Below are positions 1-7,501 of a DNA stretch of 12,980 bases, in pieces. The position numbers and the translations under genes are program-made. Position 1 is the first letter of the stretch. Every line of letters begins with the position of its first letter. The notes under the pieces were generated by a model that saw nothing but the letters and a program-made list of their open reading frames with translations, was not told where the DNA came from and did no database searches. The DNA lies in the NCBI GenBank assembly GCA_037969075.1, contig JBBKWS010000183.1, forward strand, positions 1 to 12,980, in the 5' to 3' direction. The stretch is from Bdellovibrionales bacterium (GTDB taxonomy: Bacteria > Bdellovibrionota > Bdellovibrionia > Bdellovibrionales > UBA840).

Positions 1-239
1 GTTTGAAAGTGCTCGCGACTTTTAGAGTTAATAAATTTAACGATGATACTGCCGTTTTCTTTGATCTTATATATATCTACGACTAAACCTTCTTTAATCT
101 GCACCGTGCGTATAACTGATAGAACTTTTGAGTTTTGCGGCGCTAACACGTTTTTAACCTTGTCCCTAAGGCTGCTACTGAATCCCAGAGTTAAGGAAAA
201 TGAAAATAAAATGGCAGAAACGATATATAGTGATTTCAC
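1..239 (-). CDS. Partial hypothetical protein (5' end; runs off the left edge) with an N-terminal hydrophobic anchor or signal
   Basis: Not in the ORF track; translated by hand. GTG at 239, 18 nt after the pgeF stop, opens a frame to the window edge: VKSLYIVSAILFSFSLTLGFSSSLRDKVKNVLAPQNSKVLSVIRTVQIKEGLVVDIYKIKENGSIIVKFINSKSREHFQ. Co-oriented with the operon. No clear SD. Confidence 0.7.
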   Translation of the reverse strand, partial: MKSLYIVSAILFSFSLTLGFSSSLRDKVKNVLAPQNSKVLSVIRTVQIKEGLVVDIYKIKENGSIIVKFINSKSREHFQ

Positions 240-257
240 ATACTATGTATCGGCTAC

Positions 258-920
258 TTATCCCCTTGTGTTTACGATAAAATGATATAGACGTTGGTCC
301 TGCTCTTTTCCCTCACGGTAAGAGTAATGATCAAGAGAGCTAAAGGTATCTACATCTAAATAATGGCAATTTTTAGGGTCTATGCCGTAACCTTCAAGTT
401 GGTGCTTTGTAATTGATTTTAGATCTAAGAACAGCTTTCCTTTGCTCTCAATATGGTAGGTGGTAGGTGATACGGGCTTTAATAGGTCCAGATCATTTTT
501 ACTAAACTCATAGTTTAGCGTGTGAATAAAGGGACCAACCCATGCTTGAATTTTAGATATGTCTGAATAAGGGTAAGCTATTTTTAAACTTTTTTTAATA
601 ATTTCAGATTGCAGTCCGCGCCAGCCAGCATGAATTCCTAAAACCGTATCGGTAGTGGGACAAAAAAAGAACAATGGTACGCAATCAGCTGTTTTAATAG
701 TTAATGCTAAGTTTCTATCAAACGTAAAATGGGCATCAGCCTTTTGCTCACCACCTGGTTTAGCGGCTAGGCATACATCGCTGTGGTATTGATTTAATGT
801 GCAAAACTGCAAGGACGGATGCTCTTTTTTTATATGATCAAGAGGGGCTGATTTTTTTCCAAAGAAAACAGTTAGGGAATCTTTTTGGTATACGTGCCCA
901 TGGGAGGTTTCAGTAAACAT
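258..920 (-). CDS. pgeF: YfiH/PgeF family protein (peptidoglycan editing factor / purine nucleoside phosphorylase, laccase-domain)
   Basis: Family motifs LNQYHS, TADCVP, HAGWRG, WVGP and YSYRE. Lies directly after rluD, the established rluD-yfiH pairing. Confidence 0.93.
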   Translation of the reverse strand: MFTETSHGHVYQKDSLTVFFGKKSAPLDHIKKEHPSLQFCTLNQYHSDVCLAAKPGGEQKADAHFTFDRNLALTIKTADCVPLFFFCPTTDTVLGIHAGWRGLQSEIIKKSLKIAYPYSDISKIQAWVGPFIHTLNYEFSKNDLDLLKPVSPTTYHIESKGKLFLDLKSITKHQLEGYGIDPKNCHYLDVDTFSSLDHYSYREGKEQDQRLYHFIVNTRG

Positions 921-922
921 AA

Positions 923-1894
923 TTAAACGTAACTGATAAAATCACAAAAAGTAAGTATATCCTTTAAACTTTCTGGAACAGGAGATTTAAATAATAGTGA
1001 TTCTTTAGTGATTGGGTGTATAAAACCTAGTTCTGCAGCGTGCAGTGCAAACCTACTAAGCTCAGAAACCTTTGCTCTCAATGCGGTGGATTGCAATGAT
1101 TTAACTTTGGTTGGGCTACAATAAAACCAATCAGCTAAGACAGGGTGTCCCATATCATTAAGATGTACTCGTATTTGGTGGGTACGCCCAGTTTCTAATT
1201 GCAATGAGAGAAGTGACAATTCTTTTTTGTAAGTAGAGAGCACTTTGTAATTAGTGACGGCAATTTTACCCTGAGCAACGCGGGATGAAAATTTTTTACG
1301 TTGGTTAGGAGCTCTTCCAATGAAGGTTTCAATTCGTCCTTGTGTTTGCTTTGGAGATCCAAAACATATCGCCCAGTATTTTCGGTGAACAGTCTTAGCT
1401 GCAAACTGTTTAGATAATGCATGGTGAGTAATATCATCTTTTGCCACCACTAGAAGGCCGCTTGTATCTTTGTCAATACGGTGGACAATACCAGGCCTGT
1501 CTTCGTTGAAGCCGACAGCTAGTTTTTTACAGTGAAATAATAGTGCGTTCACTAAAGTATCATCTTGGTGACCCGCGGCAGGGTGTACAACAAGACCGCT
1601 AGGTTTATTGATAACGATAAGATGATCGTCTTCAAAAACTATATCAAGGGGAATATCTTTAGCGACTAGTGATGATGGTGTTGTTTCTGGTATAATGAAT
1701 TCTATATTATCTTTTGCGGTAATTTTATAAGAGCTTTTAGTAGCAGTAAGACCATTGATTGCAACAAGCCCCTTTGCGATAAGCTCTTGGGCTCTGGTTC
1801 TAGAGCTGATGCTTTCAGTTTTTGAGAGTGCAACATCTAAGCGCTGATCAATATTAGTTGTATCAATTTCTAAAATTTTCTTAATGTTAGTCAC
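923..1894 (-). CDS. rluD: RluA-family 23S rRNA pseudouridine synthase with N-terminal S4 domain (RluD-type)
   Basis: S4 domain (QRLDVAL..SRTRAQELI), NKPSGLVVHP, catalytic HRIDKDTSG, GRTHQIRVH and LHAAELGF motifs. GTG start overlaps the upstream gene by 8 nt. Confidence 0.93.
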   Translation of the reverse strand: MTNIKKILEIDTTNIDQRLDVALSKTESISSRTRAQELIAKGLVAINGLTATKSSYKITAKDNIEFIIPETTPSSLVAKDIPLDIVFEDDHLIVINKPSGLVVHPAAGHQDDTLVNALLFHCKKLAVGFNEDRPGIVHRIDKDTSGLLVVAKDDITHHALSKQFAAKTVHRKYWAICFGSPKQTQGRIETFIGRAPNQRKKFSSRVAQGKIAVTNYKVLSTYKKELSLLSLQLETGRTHQIRVHLNDMGHPVLADWFYCSPTKVKSLQSTALRAKVSELSRFALHAAELGFIHPITKESLLFKSPVPESLKDILTFCDFISYV

Positions 1895-2555
1895 GAACGT
1901 CTTTAAGAATTCTCATGTAAGAGTCAGTAACTTTTTGTGAATCCAGTCCAAGGGTTTCAGCCATCTGCTTTACATAACCACGCACAAACACGCTGGCTGG
2001 AAGTTTGTTAAAGTCATTATTTTCAATTGCATTGAAGTGGTGACGGCCAATTTTTAAATGCTCGCAAAGAGTTTCTAGGTTTATGTTTTTATACACTCTT
2101 ACTTTTTTTAAATAAGTTCCATCGAACATTTCTTGTTGCAGTAATTCGTGCTCAACCATTGGATCAATGTTGTATTGCCCAAACCTAGTTATTCCAACGC
2201 CTTGCTTTGCTAACTCTTTTTTATCTTCAGATGTTAGCGGTGGAGCCTTCACTTGTGCTGTAACTTTCGCGGCAGCTACACTTGGAGCTTTATCATGAAT
2301 AACAGTAAAGTTTCCTGATTGTAGTTTTAAGTCATATTCTCTACGTTTAGCGTGGTGACTTAAAGTTTGATAAGCTTCATCTAATAAGTGATTTAGTTGA
2401 ACAGCTTCGTCTCTACTAAAAATAGTGTATATGGCGGGGCTATCAGGGGCATAAATGCCTTTGGCTCGCAAGTAAGCTTGCTGTACCTCATCTGCACTTG
2501 CATTTGTAGAGATCTCTAAGAGCTCATAATAAGTTTGTTCTTTAAAGTCTGACAC
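1887..2555 (-). CDS. Soluble protein with an N-terminal J-domain-like fold (HPD replaced by APD) and a C-terminal RodZ-type (HTH_25/XRE) helix-turn-helix
   Basis: J-like segment TYYELLEISTNASADEVQQAY..IYAPD..LDEAYQTLSHHAKRREYD. HTH segment GTYLKKVR..INLETLCEHLKI..AIENNDFNKLPASVFVRGYVKQMAETLGLD. Start reassigned to GTG at 2555, 4 nt after the ATPase stop, instead of the ORF-track start at 2615, which overlaps the upstream gene. Confidence 0.85.
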   Translation of the reverse strand: MSDFKEQTYYELLEISTNASADEVQQAYLRAKGIYAPDSPAIYTIFSRDEAVQLNHLLDEAYQTLSHHAKRREYDLKLQSGNFTVIHDKAPSVAAAKVTAQVKAPPLTSEDKKELAKQGVGITRFGQYNIDPMVEHELLQQEMFDGTYLKKVRVYKNINLETLCEHLKIGRHHFNAIENNDFNKLPASVFVRGYVKQMAETLGLDSQKVTDSYMRILKDVRD

Positions 2556-2559
2556 CTGA

Positions 2560-3522
2560 TTATAATACGGCGGTTTTAGCGGTAGAACCAACAAGATTTT
2601 TAGCAATTTTAGCAATTTGTTGGCTGACTGAAGATTGTGGATTTGCGATCATAACGGGTTGAGATTTTCTAAGAGACTGCCACACGGCATCATCATAGGA
2701 GATGGCTCCAAGATAAGTACACCATACACCGAAAAATTTATTACAAACACTAGCAATCCCATGCCCTACCTGTTCATCATGACTCATGCGAATCTGATTT
2801 AATACGACAGATAAATCCAATGACTGTAAATCATTCATAATATAGCGGCCTAGCACGGCATTTCGTTGATAAATATCTTTAACAATTTGATTTGGAGACT
2901 TCTCTTGAAACTGGTCACGGTGGGCTAGCAGTGAGTTTAGCTCATCTTGTGCCCCATGAGTGGTAATTGCATGCTGCAGTTTACGGTAGAAAAGTACTTT
3001 TAAAAATCTATAAGCATTTTCAATGCTAGTTGGTTCAGCAGACGCTACTAAGATTGAGTTATCAGCAGAGGTAAAAAAGTCTACGGTCGCCGCTGCCGTA
3101 CCCGCCCCAAGATCTAAAATTATGATGTCTGAGTTTAGAGTTTTAACACCTTTAATTAATTTTTGTACATCGGAGTCGCTTAGTTGCGTAATATTTAATG
3201 AATCAAAACAACCACTGATTAGCTTTAGGTTAATATATCTGGTGGGCTCTTCTAATTCTTTAAAATGTGTGATTTTGTCACTTAAGAAATCGCTTATCGT
3301 TGTGCGCACTGATTGCAAACCTAAGCATGTGTGTTGGTTTGAAGAGCCCAAGTCTAAATCCACCACAGTAACTTTTTTAAACCTGGATAAATAAATAGCT
3401 AGATTGGAAGTGAAAAAACTTTTTCCAATGCCACCTTTGCCGCCGCCGACAGCAATAATAGTAGGGGTGTTTGTAGAGTTATTATTTGTCATATTTGCTA
3501 TCGCCTCAATATTTTCAGACAT
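2560..3522 (-). CDS. MinD/ParA-family P-loop ATPase, FlhG/FleN-like paralog
   Basis: Deviant Walker A GGGKGGIGKS, DLDLGSSN (compare DADLGLAN), DLGAG and EPTSIENAY (compare EPTSITDAY). Start is ATG 3522 (overlaps tsaB by 8 nt) or ATG 3492. Confidence 0.9.
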   Translation of the reverse strand: MSENIEAIANMTNNNSTNTPTIIAVGGGKGGIGKSFFTSNLAIYLSRFKKVTVVDLDLGSSNQHTCLGLQSVRTTISDFLSDKITHFKELEEPTRYINLKLISGCFDSLNITQLSDSDVQKLIKGVKTLNSDIIILDLGAGTAAATVDFFTSADNSILVASAEPTSIENAYRFLKVLFYRKLQHAITTHGAQDELNSLLAHRDQFQEKSPNQIVKDIYQRNAVLGRYIMNDLQSLDLSVVLNQIRMSHDEQVGHGIASVCNKFFGVWCTYLGAISYDDAVWQSLRKSQPVMIANPQSSVSQQIAKIAKNLVGSTAKTAVL

Positions 3523-4213
3523 GGCGTTTAATTTCCCCTTTTACTAGCTTCTCTTCGGCAGCAGATAAGCGAATATAAAGGGGCTCTAACAACTTCCATT
3601 CTAAAGTCTTATTAAGTTTTAGATATACTAGACCCAATTCAGCCAGTGTTTCAGCTGTTGGATAATCGTCATATTGCTCACGCAATAAACTTTTGTTCAT
3701 AGAATCTGAGAAATCATCTTTTAATAAACCATAACCATCGCCAACAACAATATGAGGCGTGGTTATCATTTTCTCTAGTTGTTCCAATGACATAAGTTGT
3801 GGCGGCAAGGTTTCGGTAGCAAGACCATGTTCTACTTTAAACGTTGCACAGTAGACCTCTTGCCGTTGAGCATCTCTAATACTTAGCACGGGAAAATCTG
3901 TCTTTATTGGCTCAGCCATTAAGTGCAGGGAATCAACTGCGACAACGGGAATATTATTAGCGTAAGCAAATGCTTTTGCTGTGCTGACGCCAATGCGAAC
4001 ACCCGTAAAGCTACCTGGACCAATGTCACAAGCCACAAGAGAAATGTCTTTGGCGGTAAGTTTAACTGCAAGCAATCCCTCTTGAATACGCGGACCTAAT
4101 ATTTCGGCATGCGATTTATCGGCATGCCAAGAATTTTTATATAAGGTTTTCTTACCATCATGAAAACAAATACTTCCGTATGAGGTCGATGTAGTGATGG
4201 CAAGTATTAACAT
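3515..4213 (-). CDS. tsaB: tRNA threonylcarbamoyladenosine biosynthesis protein TsaB (YeaZ)
   Basis: MLILAITTST, HAE, GPGSFTGVRIG, DAQRQEVY and LEPLYIRLSAAE motifs. TAATG stop/start overlap with rseP. Confidence 0.95.
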   Translation of the reverse strand: MLILAITTSTSYGSICFHDGKKTLYKNSWHADKSHAEILGPRIQEGLLAVKLTAKDISLVACDIGPGSFTGVRIGVSTAKAFAYANNIPVVAVDSLHLMAEPIKTDFPVLSIRDAQRQEVYCATFKVEHGLATETLPPQLMSLEQLEKMITTPHIVVGDGYGLLKDDFSDSMNKSLLREQYDDYPTAETLAELGLVYLKLNKTLEWKLLEPLYIRLSAAEEKLVKGEIKRHV

Positions 4214-5883
4214 TAAGATCCTATAACTCTAGAGATATCGTTAAACATGGCGAATATCATTAGGAATAGAAGTAAGAAAAAGCCAATTTGCTGAGCGATG
4301 GCAACCTTATGTAAACTTACCGGCGCGCCTTTGATTGCCTCAATGGTAAACAAAACTAAGTGCCCGCCATCAAGAACAGGAATTGGCAGTAAGTTTATGA
4401 TAAAAAGATTTATAGAAATAATTGCCATAATCTTTAAAAAAGGAACTAAACCAACTTTAAAAGATTCGCTCGCGATTTGCCCAATCATAATAGGGCCACC
4501 GATTGATTTAGTGGAAACTCGGTTTTGAAAAAGCCTTAAGAATCCGACAACAGTAGATACAACCCAGTGGTTGGTTTCTTCAAGACCTACGATTAGTCCC
4601 TCAGAAATAGATTTTACAGGGAAAGCCTGTGTAGGCGGCGGCATCATAGTTAATATTGGCCCCACACCAATCTTTAATGATTCCTCTTTTTTGCCCGTCA
4701 TAGGGTTCTCTTGTGTAAGCATGGCGGGAGCAATTGCTATTTCTAAATCCTTGCCAGCACGTAAAATTTTAACATTGAGTGGTCCACTAGATTTAGAGTA
4801 AGCAGAAATATTTTTAGTCAAATCAGTCCAATGTACTAATGGCGTTCCGTTGATAGCTAAAAATTTATCACCAATCTGGAGCCCCGATTTATCAGCGGCT
4901 GAATCGGGACTGATAATGCCAACATATAGCTCTGGATTTTCAATTCCTACAGCCTCTAAGTTAGTTATAGACTCCACGCTTGGTAAAATAAACTCAAGCT
5001 CTTCGGGCGTCTCATTATCTGCCGAGGTTCTCTCTATTATAAGTTTTAAAGAGGCTACAGTATTCTCGGACACCATCTTTTCTAATTCATACCAGCGGCT
5101 AACGTCTTTGCCTTGAAATTTTATAATTCTATCGCCCGTTCTCAATCCACTCTTATAAGCCTGGCTATCAATATTACCGACGCCGATAGATGTTCCGTAT
5201 GTGATGACATCGATGCTTTCAATAGTTCTTATAGTTTCTTTCAGCGATAGTATATTGGGATTTTTAATGGTCTGTAGTTTTAAAGGAATTGAAATTTCAT
5301 TTTTATCTGCGTAGCTTTCAATTTTTAGTGTTACAGAATCGCTAGGTGACTTACTTAGTTCGTCTTTGTAATCGTCCCAATTAGCAATCAGGTTACCATT
5401 AACGGATAAAACTTTATCTCCGGGGCGCAAGCCAGACGTGAAAGCCTCGCTGTACGGTTGCACTTGCCCAATAATAGGTAAGGCCTTAAGGTCGCCAATT
5501 TTTGCGATTGCAAAAAATAGTACAAATGCAAAAAGGAGATTCATAAGAGGGCCGGCTAAAACCACGGCTATTCTTTGTCCAACAGGTTTATGCAAAAAAG
5601 AAACCTTACGGTCTTCTTCGCTGATCTCTTCAGTGGGATTTTCTCCGTACATTTTTACATAACCACCAAATGGTATCAGACTAAGGCAATATATGGTGTC
5701 GCCATGTTTAAACTGAATCAGTTTTTTTCCAAACCCTAGGCTGAAAACCTCAACCTTCACCCCGTAATATTTTGCTACTAAAAAATGCCCGAGCTCATGG
5801 ACAAAAATAAGTGCGCCCAACAAGATAATAAGTGGAATTAAAAAGCCAACCGATTGATGTAAAAAATTTTGTATCATTTCCAT
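4213..5883 (-). CDS. rseP: RIP metalloprotease RseP (site-2 protease, M50) with three PDZ domains
   Basis: HELGH zinc motif, FSLGFG, IPFGGYVKM, AGPLMN and NLLPIPVLDGGH. PDZ signatures SGLRPGDKV, SGLRTGDRI and SGLQIGDKF. Confidence 0.96.
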   Translation of the reverse strand: MEMIQNFLHQSVGFLIPLIILLGALIFVHELGHFLVAKYYGVKVEVFSLGFGKKLIQFKHGDTIYCLSLIPFGGYVKMYGENPTEEISEEDRKVSFLHKPVGQRIAVVLAGPLMNLLFAFVLFFAIAKIGDLKALPIIGQVQPYSEAFTSGLRPGDKVLSVNGNLIANWDDYKDELSKSPSDSVTLKIESYADKNEISIPLKLQTIKNPNILSLKETIRTIESIDVITYGTSIGVGNIDSQAYKSGLRTGDRIIKFQGKDVSRWYELEKMVSENTVASLKLIIERTSADNETPEELEFILPSVESITNLEAVGIENPELYVGIISPDSAADKSGLQIGDKFLAINGTPLVHWTDLTKNISAYSKSSGPLNVKILRAGKDLEIAIAPAMLTQENPMTGKKEESLKIGVGPILTMMPPPTQAFPVKSISEGLIVGLEETNHWVVSTVVGFLRLFQNRVSTKSIGGPIMIGQIASESFKVGLVPFLKIMAIISINLFIINLLPIPVLDGGHLVLFTIEAIKGAPVSLHKVAIAQQIGFFLLLFLMIFAMFNDISRVIGS

Positions 5884-5889
5884 GGATTG

Positions 5890-5918
5890 ATTTTAACAAT
5901 CAATAGCAATATTGGCTA
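5890..5918 (-). promoter_or_regulatory. Putative sigma70 promoter for rseP: -35 TAGCCA, 17-nt spacer, extended -10 TGtTAAAAT
   Basis: Minus strand reads TAGCCA(5918-5913)-atattgctattgattgt-TAAAAT(5895-5890)-caatcc-ATG. No SD before the ATG. Confidence 0.6.
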
Positions 5919-5949
5919 TGAAATACGGGGATTTAGACGAAAGTTCGCT

Positions 5950-6765
5950 TTATATAAACCAAGTTACATAACAATAGAAAACAGGAAATGAAAAGAGAAT
6001 GCTGTCTAAACGATCTAAATAACCGCCATGACCAGGCATGATACGTCCAGAGTCTTTCTTGCCAGCATTTCGTTTTAATACAGATTCAAACAGATCCCCA
6101 AATTGTGAAAATACCGAAGCAATAAGGCCAGCCAGCGTTAGGCCTAAGATATGGTCTTGTAGGCCTAATAACCAGCTAACACTAAAGGTTGTTACTAGTG
6201 CAGAGATGCAACCTGCTATCGAACCAAGTCTTGTCTTATTGGGTGATATCGTAGGTAAAAGTTTTATTTTACCAAATTTTCTTCCTATAAAATATGCCAT
6301 AACATCTGTAGCTATTACCGTAGCGATACATATAAAGAAAATTTCTAAACCTAGTGGATGCCAAAGAATAAGCTGGGCCGTAATGCCCGGTAAAATACCA
6401 ACATATATAAATCCCATCATGCAAGTTGCAATCAGAGATTGTTTGGCAAGGTTATCCTCATCTTTTCTAGCCATAAGCATGACTAGGGTAGATAAAAACA
6501 TTAAACCAAAAGCGATAAGAGCAGCAGAGACCTCAAATTGTTTGTTCGCAAAAGATAAAAATATAAGAAATGTAAATATAAAAAAAGAAGCTTTAAGTGT
6601 GCGTTTTGCAGAAGGAAAGCACAGCTTTATAAACTCATATTGAGCGCCTAGTGTTGCTAGTAAAGCGACAACGCCAAGACCATTTCTTTGCCATAACATG
6701 TATAAAGTAAAAACTAGAGCGGCAACGGCAACGGCAGATAGCATTCGAACTTTAGTTGAGCTCAT
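5950..6765 (-). CDS. cdsA: Phosphatidate cytidylyltransferase
   Basis: Multi-TM protein with TDVMAYFIGRKFG, PTISPNKT and GDLFESVLKRNAGKKDSGRIMPGHGGYLDRLDS. Start reassigned to ATG 6765 (MSSTKVRM), overlapping the end of uppS. Confidence 0.95.
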   Translation of the reverse strand: MSSTKVRMLSAVAVAALVFTLYMLWQRNGLGVVALLATLGAQYEFIKLCFPSAKRTLKASFFIFTFLIFLSFANKQFEVSAALIAFGLMFLSTLVMLMARKDEDNLAKQSLIATCMMGFIYVGILPGITAQLILWHPLGLEIFFICIATVIATDVMAYFIGRKFGKIKLLPTISPNKTRLGSIAGCISALVTTFSVSWLLGLQDHILGLTLAGLIASVFSQFGDLFESVLKRNAGKKDSGRIMPGHGGYLDRLDSILFSFPVFYCYVTWFI

Positions 6766-7501
6766 GTTTTTCGCCTTGTGTGGATTCGGTTGGAGTCTGG
6801 GATGGTGTTTTACCAAATCGTCTTTCTCTTCTTGCGTACTCAGCGAGGGCCTGTGTTAAATCACTGGCGACAAAGTCGGGCCAAGATTTTTCTATAATTA
6901 TTATCTCAGCATAGGCGGCCTGCCATAGTAAGAAATTCGATAGGCGATATTCACCACTCGTACGAATAATTAAGTCAGGGTCTGGCATATCAGCTGTTTG
7001 TAAATAGTTGCTAACTAGAGTTTCATCGATAGTATCAAGAGGCTTCGAACCATTTTTAAAATCTATGACTATCTGTCTAATTGCTTGCGTGATTTCTTGT
7101 CTGGATCCGTAGCTTAGTGCCAGTGTCAGAACCATGCCACTATTGCCCTTTGTTGCATCAACCGCTTTAGCTAGAATATCTTGTGCATCAGCAGGCAAGT
7201 AAGAGATATCGCCGATAGACTGCAGGCGGATATTTTGTTTATTTAGTTCACGGGTTTCTTTTTTTAAAAACTTAACAAGAAGCCGCATAAGCAAGCTAAC
7301 CTCTTCTTTGGGACGCATCCAATTTTCCATGCTAAAGGCATACAATGTTAAGTAGGGAATTTTTAATTTTGCAGAAGTGGTTACGACTTCACGAACTCTT
7401 CCAACGCCTTTAATGTGCCCAAACAGGCGACGCTTGCCTAAGCTTTGCGCCCAGCGCCCGTTACCATCCATAATAATTGCTAGATGATTAGGTAGAGCCA
7501 T
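6752..7501 (-). CDS. uppS: Undecaprenyl diphosphate synthase (cis-isoprenyl transferase)
   Basis: HLAIIMDGNGRWA, LYAFSMENW, LSYGSRQEI and DPDLIIRTSGEYRLSNFLLWQAAYAE. TAATG overlap with frr. Confidence 0.97.
   Translation of the reverse strand: MALPNHLAIIMDGNGRWAQSLGKRRLFGHIKGVGRVREVVTTSAKLKIPYLTLYAFSMENWMRPKEEVSLLMRLLVKFLKKETRELNKQNIRLQSIGDISYLPADAQDILAKAVDATKGNSGMVLTLALSYGSRQEITQAIRQIVIDFKNGSKPLDTIDETLVSNYLQTADMPDPDLIIRTSGEYRLSNFLLWQAAYAEIIIIEKSWPDFVASDLTQALAEYARRERRFGKTPSQTPTESTQGEKHELN

Noticed and set aside
43..285. 80-aa plus-strand ORF
   Set aside because: Antisense to a more plausible co-oriented minus-strand gene (1-239), overlaps the pgeF end and has no recognisable motif.
1195..1437. 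80-aa alternative-frame minus ORF inside rluD (likewise 9117-9398 inside tsf)
   Set aside because: Nested out of frame in conserved genes, with no independent evidence.
2559..2564. Perfect TATAAT just upstream of the J/HTH gene
   Set aside because: Formed by the ATPase's last codon and stop. It is only 3 nt from the GTG, too close for a leaderless start, and has no credible -35.
2560..3522. Naming the ATPase flhG, minD or parA
   Set aside because: No flhF, minCE or parB context, a large insertion and no evident membrane-targeting helix, so orthology is not supportable.
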